Of a stretch of DNA of 64,000 nt, positions 43,263 to 58,151 are shown in pieces. Every line of letters begins with the position of its first letter. Within the stretch, counting starts at the first letter, position 1. This stretch comes from Eledone cirrhosa (lineage: Eukaryota): positions 25,358,001-25,422,000 of the forward strand of contig OZ024749.1 of NCBI GenBank assembly GCA_964016885.1. Reading direction: 5' to 3'. Below the pieces are notes generated by a model. The model was not told the origin of the DNA, did no database searches, and saw only the letters and a list, made by a program, of their open reading frames with translations. The position numbers were made by a program, and so were the translations under genes.

Positions 43263-45499
43263 CCCTATCAACAGCCCTATTGACAAGTAAGTGTGTTTCG
43301 AAACATACGTCAATACTCATCCTTTTCCATTTCTTAGATGGTTTTAAACCCCACTACCAGGCTAAAATTTGTTTAGTCAAAAAATGCGGCGAAAACTTCT
43401 ATTTCTAATATATATATATGTGTGTGTATGTTTGTGTGTGTGTTAAGTATTTCCGTAGAAAATGTAAAGGAAAAAGGAGTGCTCAATATACCTTTTGCGT
43501 GGAACTGTACATTAATTATTGATATCATGTATGGATTCTTAAAGATAGTTAAAATAAATAAACTATTATAATTATGCTGTGATTATACGTATAAAGAACA
43601 ATGTGCTATCATAGTTTAATTCACGATTTCGAATTCGCAACTAATTTTTGAATAGAAGGCATTTCTTCCATTTGTATAGAAGGCATTTCTGGTGGCAGAG
43701 AGAGTGTCAATATTTAGGATTATGGATGTAACCTGTAGCTGTAGGTTAACATCTATATTCAGTCTACAACTAAGTTCACTTAATCTTACTCAATATATTC
43801 AAATGGTTCTTCCGCATAAATATTTATTTGAAACGCACATTAATACTTTGAAAGTCTTTGCGCTTATATTAATAATACAATCCAAAGTTTGACAGTTCCA
43901 CTTGGAATTTTGATTGCAAGGTAAACTTCGCTGTAATGTTTATATACTCTTTACTTTTCTTCCCGTGAGAGATGGCTTCAGTTTAACGATCCTACAAATG
44001 GGTTTCCAACACAAAAATGGCTTTCAATTTCAACTGAAAAAGTCTACTATATATTTACACATATAAGACAAATGTTACAACATTGAATCTTATCTTTATC
44101 TTACGTTCAATCCAATCCGAGTCAGGCACTTCTCACTACTGTTAGAGGAAACCTTCCCTGCTTCAGTTCCACTGCTTTCTGTTTGGCTTTGGTCGCGTTT
44201 TTAGGTGTGTAGCCATATTCACCATGCGGGTTGCTGAGGTCATTTAACCCATAATAAGGGTGAATGACCGTTTATTCTAAGGAATTCATCCGCCCTTTTA
44301 ATGTCTCTTGATTTTCTGCTGCTGGGGTTCCATATGCCCTTCCCAACAGACCAGGGTCTTCTTGGAGAAGCTGTGTATTCACCGATCACTCGATCAGGAA
44401 GCGGATTGTACAGATTTCCCACTGGTAGTAAATTTCCAACGCGAAATGTAGTGATTTGCTCAAGAACATAACACACAGCCAAGTACAGGAATCGAATCCA
44501 TGACATTATGATCGTAGACCAAACACTATTACCACCGACCACGTATATTGACGTGTAACAACATACTGAACTTATAAAACATACATAACAGAATATGTAA
44601 CCTATATTGAAGATAGTCTTTTGCAATACTTGTTCCGTCTGTTTGTATTGTATTCTTAAGCAAAACCCTTCACTTCCCGTTCCTGCAGTATACACACCTG
44701 AAAAAGAATACCAACAATAGCTGGGTGTTTAAATCTGCGACGGACTCCAGAAATTTATCCCCCAATATTATAATCGTTACTCAAACAAACTTACCACTAG
44801 GCCACACAATAACTCATATGATCGTTCTTGAATTTGATTAAATATTGCAAATTATATATTGAAAAGCTTATTTAATTCGTCATTTTAACGCAAACTGGTT
44901 TTATGCCGACGCCAAGACCATCCTTCAGAAATCATTATTGAGAATTAAATTGATTTTGTTTCATTCCATAATTCTAGTAGACGAAAAGACTTACAAATTA
45001 GCCTCGGTAACCTTTTGGATAATTATCGAAATATGGTGCAGCTTCGTAATGGAATGATCAAAGATAAAGTAATTAAGAGAATCAGAAAATAAAATAACAA
45101 TTATTTTATTGCGCAAATGATTTAACTCTCTAATTATGCGAAGAAAATAACAGTTCGACACCTCTCCAATGAAAATAATCAGTGAAAAACATCATCAAAA
45201 ATACAAAAAATAAAAAAAAAGATTAACTTAATGAAATGATGTCGCCCAAATGATGTTCAGGTGAACTGTGTTAGGAGGTAGGGTTGTTTAAGAACATAGA
45301 AATCATACACAACATACCATACTGCAGGAACCTATATTGCGTCACACCGAACTACACCATATCACACAAAGCAACACCAAACTACAATGATCCACAGCAC
45401 ACGTTAACATATATTTCTTGGCCCATTGGATGTGATATGAATGCCATATGAATATTTCTTTGAATAAAGATGAAAGATCATATATATATGTGTGTGTAA

Positions 45500-45552
<53 letters not shown>

Positions 45553-45634
45553 GGTAAACAAGAAAAAACAACACAATCGGTACAGTATATGGAATCAATA
45601 TACTAGGTTAACGCTTGAAATAGCAGGAAGAGAG

Positions 45635-45670
45635 TCTTAAAGTTTCGAACGCAAATCCTTCGTCAGAAGA
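45635..45670 (-). ncRNA. Minimal hammerhead-like motif (degenerate family copy at 37231-37266 +)
   Basis: Reverse complement: TCTT CTGACGA a GGAT-ttgc-GTTC GAAA CT TT AAGA. Confidence 0.6.
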
Positions 45671-45751
45671 AAGAATGAGAAATAAGATATATTGGAGGGA
45701 CAGGCGGGGTGGAATTGGAAAACATGTATTTAGATAAAAATAACAGGTCCA

Positions 45752-45785
<34 letters not shown>

Positions 45786-46216
45786 GAATCTGACATCTTC
45801 TGTGATGCAACATGATGCTTAAGAACACCATTTGGTGATCATACGACTCCAGTAGGACTTACGGGACCAGGAATACATATATGTAATATATACACATTGG
45901 GTCATCAAATTGGTATCTTTGTTACACGTTTTCCTATTTTTATTCTTCACTTTACTTTCAATCTTTGAGAAAACTTTCCAAGCAAACCAGCAGATGACGT
46001 CATCGCATATATATAATACCATTATATAATATTATAATACCATATACACATAATATATAATACCATTATACACATCGTTGTTAATAGGTTGTGCAGATAT
46101 TGTTTAAAGATGTGTCTTATTTTTCATACAACTTCTTGACACAGTCTTGAAATGTTTACTAGGTGCTCACCCAGGTTTCGTGTCGTCCCGACCCCGGTAT
46201 GTATATATACATATAT

Positions 46217-46395
<179 letters not shown>

Positions 46396-46476
46396 CATAT
46401 ATGTATATATAATATATATATATATATATTATATATACATATATGTATATATATATATATTATATATACATATATG

Positions 46477-46576
<100 letters not shown>

Positions 46577-46612
46577 CATATATGTATATATAATATATAT
46601 ATATATACATGT

Positions 46613-47238
46613 TAGCTTGGCCACAGTCAAAGCATGAATTTTACTAAGTTTCCACTTGTATTATTATCTTCTAGACCTAATAATTAATTAATTAATTTAA
46701 TTAGACAATTCCATTGGTTGGTTAATTATTTATGTTTGTTTAATAACGACTAGTCGAGAGCTTTTCATTCGGAACGTGGAACGGCATTGATTTCATTTGT
46801 TCACACTTTGAATTTTCCCGGTAAAAACCGAGGGTTACTTCTCTTGTTGGAAATAACACGTGACAATGAAACACTGAAGGCTGCCGCCGGTAGCAGTTTG
46901 GCCTTGCTTTCTGCACCGGCTTGAGGCATAGGAGGAAATTACTGTTGATGGCGTGAATACACTGTTCGATCATAAAATACCACAAGCTTACATATTAGGT
47001 ATTGCAAAATAACATTCGATTTGTCCAGGTCAGTTGTCTAACCTGATTAGTTTTTTCGTTATTTTGGTATTGTGTGGCTAGGTTTACCTGCCGCAATTTT
47101 CAATTTGTCAAGCTGTCTAAACGTATGTTATTACTCTAAGGTATACAACCTTATCGAGTGCTTTACTGCACATTCCTAATTGTAGGTCGCTAGCTTGGCC
47201 ACAGACAAAGCTTCGATTTTACTAAACTTCCACTTGTA
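46613..47238 (+). mobile_element. Non-coding terminally redundant element (about 578-bp unit), relative of 463-1292
   Basis: About 48-bp repeat tagcttggccacag...ccacttgta at 46613 and 47191; segments align to the reverse complement of 463-1080. Confidence 0.7.
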
Positions 47239-47247
47239 CTACACACG

Positions 47248-47298
<51 letters not shown>

Positions 47299-47715
47299 AG
47301 AGAGAGTGAGAGAGAGAGAGGGGGAGGATTAAAGATATAAATATATAGTTAAGATAGTTAGAATGATCGACACAGAGATATGGATATATATACATATACA
47401 TATACATATATATATATGTAGGTAAATCTACCAAAATATACGGTAGTGTCCAATCCAAATATGTAATCCAAATATCATGAAAAGGGAAGATGCATTCAGA
47501 AATGTTCGATGTAAATCATAGGAAAACAGATCATTTCTGAAGACAGAATATATATGTGAAGGTATGTATATTTCCTCTGATAGTTTGTAATATTTTTACA
47601 TAGATCTATATGATATACATACCAACACACATATATACCCTAGAAACAATCGTAAAATGATGAATTTTTTAATATAAGGAGCTTGTTCTTTTATTCATTA
47701 TTTTTATTAATTTAC

Positions 47716-47777
<62 letters not shown>

Positions 47778-47787
47778 ATATTTATAA

Positions 47788-48901
47788 TTAATACAATAAC
47801 AGAGATAGTTTAAGCTAATCTCTGACTGGTAACCATCTCACTCAACAAACATTAGGTCATATTTTAATATAAACCCAATTTAAGTGTTTGGGGTGCTAAT
47901 AATATGTATTATGTGGAAAAGCCAGTTGTATTATTTTATGAGATATAATTAAAGTTAAAGTATATCTCTCTTTCCAAACAATTGTTTCATTATAAGTTTT
48001 CTACAAATTCGGAGAATATTTCCAGTTAATGTAGAATCCTAATATACATTCATGTAAGAATATATTTAGGTGGGCGCTTATACATCATCAGTGGAAGCCC
48101 ATTAAACTTTGATATAAGAAAAAAATTCTTACCGCAGTTAAAAATCGTGTCTGTTAAGTTGCTCGTTCCCGCATCGAATGACCGGCAAATTTGAAATTCC
48201 AGCAGTTTTTGACTGAGGAAGTATTATAGCGTCTCTAAGCGGGAAGGGGAGACAACTACGATCCACGAAAGGAGGAAAAAAAATAATATACACGCGGGTC
48301 ATCAGTTTTTTCGAAAACATTATCAATCCAACGTGTTAAGAACTCAATTGAAGTTTAAAAAATAAATATATGCTTGTATAAATTACACACGCATATATAT
48401 ATTTTCCTATGCTAAAATCAGAGGTTGTACCTGAATAAGAAACCGCATCTCGTAACCGTAGTAAATACGTAAAGTTATGCTTTAAAGGGCAAATGGGAAT
48501 GTAAATCTCCGGCCGAATTAAGAGTAAAATATAAAACACACGCGGGTTAATTAGTTATTTCAAAACTAATATCAATTCCTCGTGAAAAGAACTCAATTAA
48601 TTTTAAAAAATAAATGTATGCATGTAATTATATACATAGGCATACATATATTTTCTTAGGCTAAAAATAAGAGAAGTTACAACCAATAAAAACCACAATA
48701 TCCCACAACAGTAATAAATACGGAAAGTTAAATTTATAAGGTACCTGGAAATAAACACCTCTGGCCAATCAAGAGTAAAATATTAATACAATAACAGAGA
48801 TAGTTTAAAGCTAATCTCTGACTGGTAACTATCTCACTCAACAAACATTAGGTTATATTTTAATATAAACCCAATTTAAGCGTTTGGGGTGCTAACAATA
48901 T
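47788..48901 (-). mobile_element. Non-coding element, about 996-bp unit with an about 118-bp terminal repeat and an internal about 250-bp tandem duplication; relative at 25360-25700
   Basis: Repeat at 47788-47905 / 48784-48901; internal cacgcggg units at about 48291 and 48539. Confidence 0.7.
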
Positions 48902-48923
48902 TTATATATACTTACATATGTAT

Positions 48924-48991
<68 letters not shown>

Positions 48992-49354
48992 ATATATATA
49001 TACATACATATACACATATATATAAAGACATAGCGAGAGTGATAGATCTAGCAGTAAATATGTGTGAGTGCTTAATATACTAATGCAAAGGAGTGAGTGT
49101 TTATATAAAAGAATCCGCAGGAATTATTTCCAGATATATTTTTCTGTTTTTTTTATAATGTTATTTAAACAAAATTATACCATCATAGGATTAAGACGTA
49201 ATGGAAGAATGGAAAACATAATAATCATAATCAAATATTATGCTTTACGCATACGAATTGGGAATTTTTCAAAAATAGTGAAATTTCTGCACATGTGAAT
49301 ATATAATGAAATAATCAGGTGGCAGATGCATAAAGATATGTACATATATATATA

Positions 49355-49399
<45 letters not shown>

Positions 49400-49556
49400 A
49401 CATATATATAAATATATGTACATATATATATATATGGAGACGCTATATTTAATTTGTTGGGATTCAACAAGCTTAAACATTTTTCATACACTCTCTTTCA
49501 CTCTTGCTCTCTCTGTCTGTATATACATATATACATATATATATACACACACACAA

Positions 49557-49606
<50 letters not shown>

Positions 49607-49615
49607 TTATATATT

Positions 49616-49696
<81 letters not shown>

Positions 49697-49701
49697 GTAT
49701 A

Positions 49702-49761
<60 letters not shown>

Positions 49762-49791
49762 TATTATATATATATATATATATTTATACAC

Positions 49792-49824
<33 letters not shown>

Positions 49825-49859
49825 TATATATATATACACATATATATATTTTATATATT

Positions 49860-49939
<80 letters not shown>

Positions 49940-49953
49940 TTACACACATGTAC

Positions 49954-50044
<91 letters not shown>

Positions 50045-50219
50045 GCAAAGTGAAAGAGAGTGTATGAAAGGGAAATGTTGAGAGATGTGTGTGTGTATCT
50101 ATATATATATATACAGTGCGTAGCTTAATTAAATTATTGAGAGCAGAGAAATTTTATATATATCTCGTTTCATTTCCAGAAATAAATACATCACAGTACA
50201 GTATATATGATTCAATTTG

Positions 50220-50362
<143 letters not shown>

Positions 50363-50389
50363 ATGTCTGTTTATATATAAATATATATG

Positions 50390-50437
<48 letters not shown>

Positions 50438-50842
50438 CGCTATACGCGCACACACACTCATATATGTATGTATACACACATTCCTGCACACGCATATATG
50501 TATGCATATGTGCTTGCGTGTATTAAAAACTTATATGGTGTCAATGAGAGAATGGTATGCATAAATTATTAAATATTCAAGAATTCAAACGATATACAGG
50601 TCAAAACGTTTCTTTTCACAAAATATAATACCTTGCTTTTTCTATTGCAAATTGAATCTTTCCCAAAAGTATCCTCTTTAACATGAGGCAGATTGCAGTA
50701 GTCTTCGCTAGTTACTATATATATATCCACCTATATATCTATATCTATATCTATATATATATCTATATCTATATATATATATATATATATACAGTTAAAA
50801 GAATGGAGGTGTAACACACAAGTTATTATATATTGGTAAACG

Positions 50843-51013
50843 GAATAGAAAATGCTGACAAATTGTTCACAGTTGAAAAATAGTTTAATTAGGAATAAAA
50901 GAGTATTAGTAATTGTATTGTAATTGAATACTAACCAATACAATTACTAATACTCTTTTATTCCTAATTAAACTATTTTTCAACTGTGAACAATTTGTCA
51001 GCATTTTCTATTC
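50843..51013. repeat. Perfect about 78-bp-arm palindrome; single relative at 52705-52815
   Basis: Arms at 50843-50920 and 50936-51013. Confidence 0.85.
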
Positions 51014-51726
51014 ACTGAATTATTTTTGTATAAGTTTCCAGAGTCCTCGCTTTGCCTGGATACTTAGCTGAGAATTGTCTTCCCTGACGACGAAATGCTT
51101 ATCTATATTTTCTTCGGAAAGTATATTTATTCCATTTCAGAAACTAATTAGTTGGGAGTGAAATTTTAGTAAGTAAGTTAATTTTATAATTTTCTCATTT
51201 TACGTCTCTCATATTATTGTTCTACAACCCCATGCATTGAACCACAAAGTTACTAAGACAAAACCTATATATTTGCTAGCATTGATATGCATCTGTATGT
51301 ATATATATGTTACTAGATATTAATTCTTTATAATTATCTCCAAATTATTTGTCGAGCAATATTGGCCAAGACTGCTGCTATGGTAGCAGGCAGGCCGCTG
51401 TCTTATTAACAAACCACTTTCCACTGATTGACCTCGATGTCACGTGAGTGATTCTTTTTGAATTTGCCACCGACGCAGAGGCAGTGGTTTTCACAATGGC
51501 TAGGAATTCAGTCCACGCTTTTCTATTTTCTATCCACTGAATTATTTTTGTATAAGTTTCCAGAGTCCTCGCTTTGCCTGGATACTTAGCTGAGAATAGT
51601 CTTCCCTGACGACGAAATGCTTCTCTATATTTTCTTCGGAAAGTATATTTATTCTATTTCAGAAACTAATTAGTTGGGAGTGAAATTTTAGTAAGTAAGT
51701 TAATTTTATAATTTTCTTATTTTACG

Positions 51727-51735
<9 letters not shown>
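51013..51735 (+). mobile_element. Non-coding element, about 522-bp unit with an about 200-bp terminal repeat; same family as fold-back 57370-58102 and fragment 37478-37670
   Basis: Repeats at 51013-51214 and 51535-51735. Confidence 0.75.
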
Positions 51736-51787
<52 letters not shown>

Positions 51788-51827
51788 TATATACATATGT
51801 GTGTGTGTTTCTGTGAGTGGGTGTATA

Positions 51828-51864
<37 letters not shown>

Positions 51865-52020
51865 GTTAAAATAACAGATTAAAGTTTAAACAAATCTTTC
51901 ACCCTTAGCGGGATCTTCTGAAAGGTTCATTTGGCTTAAATTTAATCTGATATTTTAATAAATATTTGCTCTAGGATTCAATTTGGATTGCCTCTGAAAC
52001 ATAACATTATTATGTAACAA

Positions 52021-52093
52021 GCTGTCTGACGATGTCGCGACACTGGCACGCAGAACAATGTGGCCTTGAGGCCATTGAAATTTATATCACAGC
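52021..52093 (+). ncRNA. Type I hammerhead ribozyme with an enlarged stem II region
   Basis: GCTGT CTGACGA (44 nt including TGGCCT/AGGCCA) GAAA TTTATA TC ACAGC. Confidence 0.72.
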
Positions 52094-52221
52094 ATTATTA
52101 CTAAAAGATTTGAAAATCTGAAACTACTTCGCTTTTCCTTATTCGATATTTACTCCGTCACTCCTATGTGAAATAAGTACGTCGAGTGCTTGAATTGAAT
52201 TGCATCAATATTTACCCTAAG

Positions 52222-52252
<31 letters not shown>

Positions 52253-52424
52253 ATATGTCTATATATATATTTAAATAATGTATGAAACGTTTAAACCAAT
52301 TGTAATGGTTTCTCGCAGTCACGTACCACCATATGTGTTGACTTTTTTCTAGTAATATGCTTGGTGGTTACCGCTCTGTCCATCTCGTTTGGCTACCAGC
52401 ATATCATGAAAATATCATACATCT

Positions 52425-52514
52425 TCTATGTATTTCATCTGAGGAGGACATGTTTTGATTCATGTTATAAATAAAATTTTATATCTTCGAAATATATATA
52501 ATAAAATAAATAGA
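52425..52514 (+). ncRNA. Type I hammerhead ribozyme with a long stem I and enlarged stem II
   Basis: TCTATgTATTTcAT CTGAGGA ... GAAA TATATA TA ATaAAATAaATAGA. Confidence 0.7.
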
Positions 52515-52901
52515 GATTATTTAAAGTATATATCTTTCGTTTATTATCAATATTATTATAGTAATACTCCGGATAAATTCATACAATTGAGTCCTTGGCA
52601 TCTGTTATATATAAGGATCAGTTGATTACAAATCAACTAACTCTTTTTTCAATGATAAATATATATATGTATGTAGATATGATCTATGTATATATATATA
52701 TATTAGTAAAAGGAAAAGAAAATGTTGACAAATTGTTCCCAGTGAAAAATAGTTTAATTAGGAATAAGTAAAAATTAGTAATAAGTATTGGTTAGTATTC
52801 AGTTTTATAGTTAGTATCAAGTTTTTACCGGTTGCGCATTTCTAATGCTTTTCAAAAATAATGCTTTTCTAATGCTTTTAATAAATAATGATGTTTGCTC
52901 T

Positions 52902-52983
<82 letters not shown>

Positions 52984-53127
52984 TATATATATATGTATAT
53001 ATGTATATATATATATAAATATATATACATATATACATATATATATATATAATATATATATATCTACACCTGACTATTTTTGAATAGAGATGCATACGGA
53101 CAGAAACCCTCATCACCAGTATTCTAC

Positions 53128-53168
<41 letters not shown>

Positions 53169-53465
53169 GGTGGGTGGATATATGTGCCTTCGTCAGTGAA
53201 CAAGTAATCTTGATTGTATTTCCGCGTGCTTGAGGGCAAGTGGCCTATATATTTAGAAAAATACTTTAGCTTTTCAATGACACCAGGTTCCCTACTACTA
53301 TTTAAAAACTATCTGTCTCACTTGTAAACAAGCTCATTACATCCTTCACAAAACACTAACCAAACAAATATTTTCATGACCTTACTACGTCTCGACCACC
53401 TCACCCCACTCATTCCCCATCATCTTTTTTCGATTTTTTTCATTCTTTCTTTCTTTGTTTCTTTC

Positions 53466-53552
53466 TTTCTTCTTCTTCTTCTTCTTCTTCTTCTTCTTCT
53501 TCTTCTTCTTCTTCTTCTTCTTCTTCTTCTTCTTCTTCTTCTTCTTCTTCTT
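53466..53552. repeat. (CTT)n microsatellite within a polypyrimidine tract
   Basis: Read directly from the sequence. Confidence 0.95.
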
Positions 53553-54077
53553 CTTTCTCCACCTCTTCCTCCTCCTTCTTCTTCTTCTTCTCCTACTTTT
53601 TCTTCTTTTTTTTCTCATTCTTCTTTCTTTCTTTCTTTTTCATTCTTCTTCTTTTTGTCCTCAATCTTCTTTTCTCCTTCATCTCCTTAACCTCCTTCTT
53701 TTTATTCCCCCTTTTCTGTCTCTCTCCCCCTTTTGATTTATACTCTCCCCCTCCTTTCCTCACATTCTCAATCACAATAAATTTATAAATAACTAGCTTG
53801 GCCAATTTTTCTCAGAGATTCCAAATGATGTCTAACGAATGAAACAGTGTTAGAACTGTGGACGTAATTTCAATATAAAATCAATATATATCTACTTCAC
53901 GAATCTAGTTGCTCCTGAGACTAACCCGTTTGTTTATGTAACATCACATAGAAATGGAGTTTACACGACTAGAGCTGTTGTAGGTATGTCAGGTTTTAGG
54001 ATTTCAAACGTTCTTACTAACATGCAGTGTTTCCGTTTCCATCTGAAAATCATTCTAACTTACGTATATATATAATA

Positions 54078-54179
<102 letters not shown>

Positions 54180-54589
54180 TTTTACGTGTGTGTGTATGAT
54201 GTGTGAGTGTGTATGAGCGTACGTATTTATATATGTATGTATGTATATTTTTCCCTACGTTGTTCAATTGAATCAAATAGTCAGACAACCTATGTCGGAT
54301 ATATATGTGCTTCTACGTGTATATACGAACATTGTGTGTGTGTGTATGTGGTGTGTATGTCTGTGTACGTGTGTGCTTGCTTGAGTTTAATTAAATATCA
54401 ACACACCTTGTTTCAGATGCTGTGAAATTAAATTGTATTGCTTCATATCACACATCTGAAGTTATATTTGAATTAACAACCACACCTCTGTGTCATTATA
54501 TAATATTCCTAGTGTTAAATATACGACAATTCTGGAAAATATATAGACAGTTGTCGCGTAAAGAATTTTTTGTGACAATGGTTTCTAAT

Positions 54590-54790
54590 TTAAGCATAAG
54601 GCCAACAGTTTTGGGAGAGGGAAAAGTCGATTAAAACGATCCTAGTGAGTTACTGGTACTTTATTGTATCGACCCTGTAAGTATAACAGGCTAAGCTAAC
54701 CTCGGCTGGATTTGAACATAAAAAGATCTAACTCTATGAAGTAAAGCATGGCATCCGACGCTAAGGTGATAATGCCAATCCACCACCTGA
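54590..54790 (-). mobile_element. Nin-domain SINE, diverged
   Basis: ctggtactttattgtatcgaccc..ggatttgaac..gccaatccacc is the reverse complement of the SINE consensus seen at 29.1 kb. Confidence 0.7.
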
Positions 54791-55346
54791 AAATCTCTTG
54801 TAATAATCATATATTATTTTAACCATGAAGTCGCTATAAACATGTTATATACTACCATAAGGTGTCACACTAGCTCAGACACACTTTTACCTAAGACCAT
54901 CTATCTTTACCTGGGTCCTGTATTTTCGTTGCTCTAGTGATGCGGTCGGACTGCCGACTGCTATATCTAATTTGCTAAGCTGTCTGAACATAATGTTATA
55001 CTCTGGGGTCTTACCTCATCTGAGTACTAAAGCTACAAACCGAATAAGCATACACGCTAGCTTGGCCGTATACTAGAGCTTCGTCTATGCTGTACTAAAA
55101 TTTTTATTTGTATATATATTTGCTTGATACCAATAGGCAATACTGTAGTATTACGAGAGTAATTTTAAAAAAATAGAAAATAAAATAAGCCAACATGAAA
55201 GGCAAGAACAGAATACAATATAATTTACCAATAATTTATTAAGTCACCAATGAGTTTTCATCGGAAGATACATGGAAGGGCCGAGATGTTTTAAAGAAAT
55301 AGAGAGGGAAAATGAAAAAGACATACGAGAGTAAAAAGAAAATAGG

Positions 55347-55476
<130 letters not shown>

Positions 55477-56164
55477 GTGTGTACATACACGCATACATAT
55501 ATATGTACATATAGATATAGATATTTATATATATATGTAAATATGTACATATATATATATATTTATAATCAATGTATGAATTAAATAATTATATATATAC
55601 ATATATATGTATATAGATATTTTATATGTACTTACTTACATACATATGTACATAGAGATACATACATTCTACATCTATACTTACTTATACACACACACAC
55701 ATGCATACATACTTACACACGTACATACACATGTACATACATACTTACATATATAGATACTTACATACATACTTTCATACACACATATATACATACACAT
55801 ATACTTACATATATATTGACGTATATTTGCACATATGCTTGCATACTCTGCGCTTAAAACAAGTTTTATCAAACATCTATATTTCATTATTAATGAGCAA
55901 GCCGGTTCTATTTAAATTTCCCACGTGATTAAACAATGTATATTCTGAATTTAAGACTAACGTATAATATGATATAATATGATATGATATGTCTGCATTA
56001 TTGATCTAACTTGTGGTGTTCTTGGCAGACCACTTCCGCTTGATCTACATCAGACCAACCAAGAAAATTAAGTTGTCAGCATTAAAATTAAAAAACATTA
56101 TAAAAAAACGTTAAATATTTTACCCCAATGCATTGTTTTTTTTCTGTTGTTGTTACATTATATA

Positions 56165-56820
56165 TTGCGGTAGAGGGTCGAACGCCATGTTTTGCAGCAT
56201 AGAGTTACGGCATTTTATGATCTGAGTTCAAATCCCGCCGAGGTTAACTTTGCCTTTCATCCTTACTGGGTCGATAAAAATAAAATACCAGTCACACACC
56301 GGGCTCGGTTTAATGGAATTTCCCCTCCCCCACAATTGCTGGACTTGTGCCTATATAATAAACCGTTATATATTGCATGTGGATTGGGAGTATCGGTAGA
56401 GGGTCGGACGCCATGTTTTGACTCATAGAATTACGGCTCTTACCATTCTGAGTTCAAATCCCGCCGAAGTTAACTTTGCATTTCCTCCTTACGGGGTCGA
56501 TAAAACAAAGTACCAGCCATGGACTAGGTAATTGCTGGCCTTGTGCCAAAAGTAGAAACCATTATATATTGCAGTTTTTTTGTTTTTTTATTTAACACAG
56601 GGCACATGGCCAATGAAGCAGCTGTTGTAATATTTGTTGGTTTTTTTTCCTCTGCTTTATATTCCTTGGAATTGGCAAAGTGGTTAGAACGTCGGATAGA
56701 ATACTTTGTGGTATTCCGTTTTATTCTAGAATCTCTGGTTTCTAATCTCACCAAGGTCAACTTTGTCTTTTTATCTTTCCCTGGTAGATAAATAAGAGCC
56801 AGACTAGTAATGGGGTCAAT
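56165..56820 (+). mobile_element. Two tandem Nin-domain SINEs plus an older degenerate copy
   Basis: B boxes at about 56224 and 56450; Nin core present three times. Confidence 0.8.
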
Positions 56821-56857
56821 TCCTTCTATTTATCTATTCATCACCATATATATATAT

Positions 56858-57079
56858 AACAGTACCACTGATGATGTTGCAGATGTGCAACGAAATAACT
56901 TTGATAGACTATATATATATATGTATTTTTCACCACTTGTCAATCAATGATAAACATTGATTGCCAAATAAATTAACTGTGGAGATATAAAAGATCTAGA
57001 AACAAAAACCAACCAAACGCAGAGTGTGTTCTGTTATTATTTCTGGCAATATTATGACAATATGACCCTCCCCAAGTAT

Positions 57080-57085
<6 letters not shown>
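56858..57085 (+). mobile_element. Solo tail-less pLTR of a diverged member of the 1.5-7.6 kb PLE family
   Basis: Aligns with 7305-7570 and ends at the same ataacaat boundary. Confidence 0.8.
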
Positions 57086-57120
<35 letters not shown>

Positions 57121-57129
57121 TACATATAC

Positions 57130-57310
57130 AACGAAGGAAGTGTGGTAAGGAACCAAGTGAACCATAATGCACCAGCGTACTCAATACTATGGGTAATAGG
57201 AAAAGAGTCAGGATCCCGACGGCTGAGCTCCGGCCATTTCGACAGCTAGTTCAGAACTCAGCTGTCGAAACGGCCGGAGCACAGCCGTCGGGGTCCTGAC
57301 TCTTTTCCTA
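57130..57310. mobile_element. Fold-back pLTR-like element related to 1-188
   Basis: Arms at 57197-57248 and 57260-57310, with a left tail. Confidence 0.75.
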
Positions 57311-57320
57311 TATACACATC

Positions 57321-57353
<33 letters not shown>

Positions 57354-57369
57354 TTAGTATATCTACCAA

Positions 57370-58098
57370 CATATATACACAGATGCATACCTATGCTACC
57401 AAATATATAGCTTTTGTCTTAGTAACTTTGTGGTTCAATGCATGGGGATGCAGAACAATTATATGAAAGACGTAAAATAAGAAAATTATAAAAATTAACT
57501 TACTTACTAAAATTTCACTCCAACTAATTAGTTTCTGAAAGGGAATAAACATGGTTTCCGAATGGAACATGGAGAATACCTTTCGTCATCAGGAAGTCAA
57601 TTCTCAGCTAAGTTCCCACGCGATGCGTGGACACAGGTAACTTATACAAAAATAATTCAGTGGATGGAAAAAAGCAAGCGAGGACTAAATTCCAAGACTT
57701 TGAAAAAATCACTGCCTACTTGGTCGGTGTCAAATTCAAAAGAATTAATTACGTGACATCGAGGTTAATCAGGGAGGATTGGGGTGTTAAGAAGACAGTA
57801 GCCGGTCTATTACTATGAACTATAGTAGCAGTTCTGACAAATTTTTGCTCAACAGTGATTTTTTCAATGTCTTGGAATTTAGTCCTCGCTTGCTTTTTTC
57901 CATCCACTGAATTATGTTTGTATAAGTTCCCTGTGTCCACGCATCGCCTGGGAACTTAGCTGAGAATTGACTTCCTGATGACGAAAGGTATTCTCCATGT
58001 TCCATTCGGAAACCATGTTTATTCCCTTTCAGAAACTAATTAGTTGGAGTGAAATTTTAGTAAGTAAGTTAATTTTTATAATTTTCTTAATTTACGTC

Positions 58099-58102
<4 letters not shown>
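57370..58102. mobile_element. Fold-back element of the 51-kb family, with a left tail
   Basis: Arms at about 57462-57713 and 57853-58104. Confidence 0.8.
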
Positions 58103-58149
<47 letters not shown>

Positions 58150-58151
<2 letters not shown>

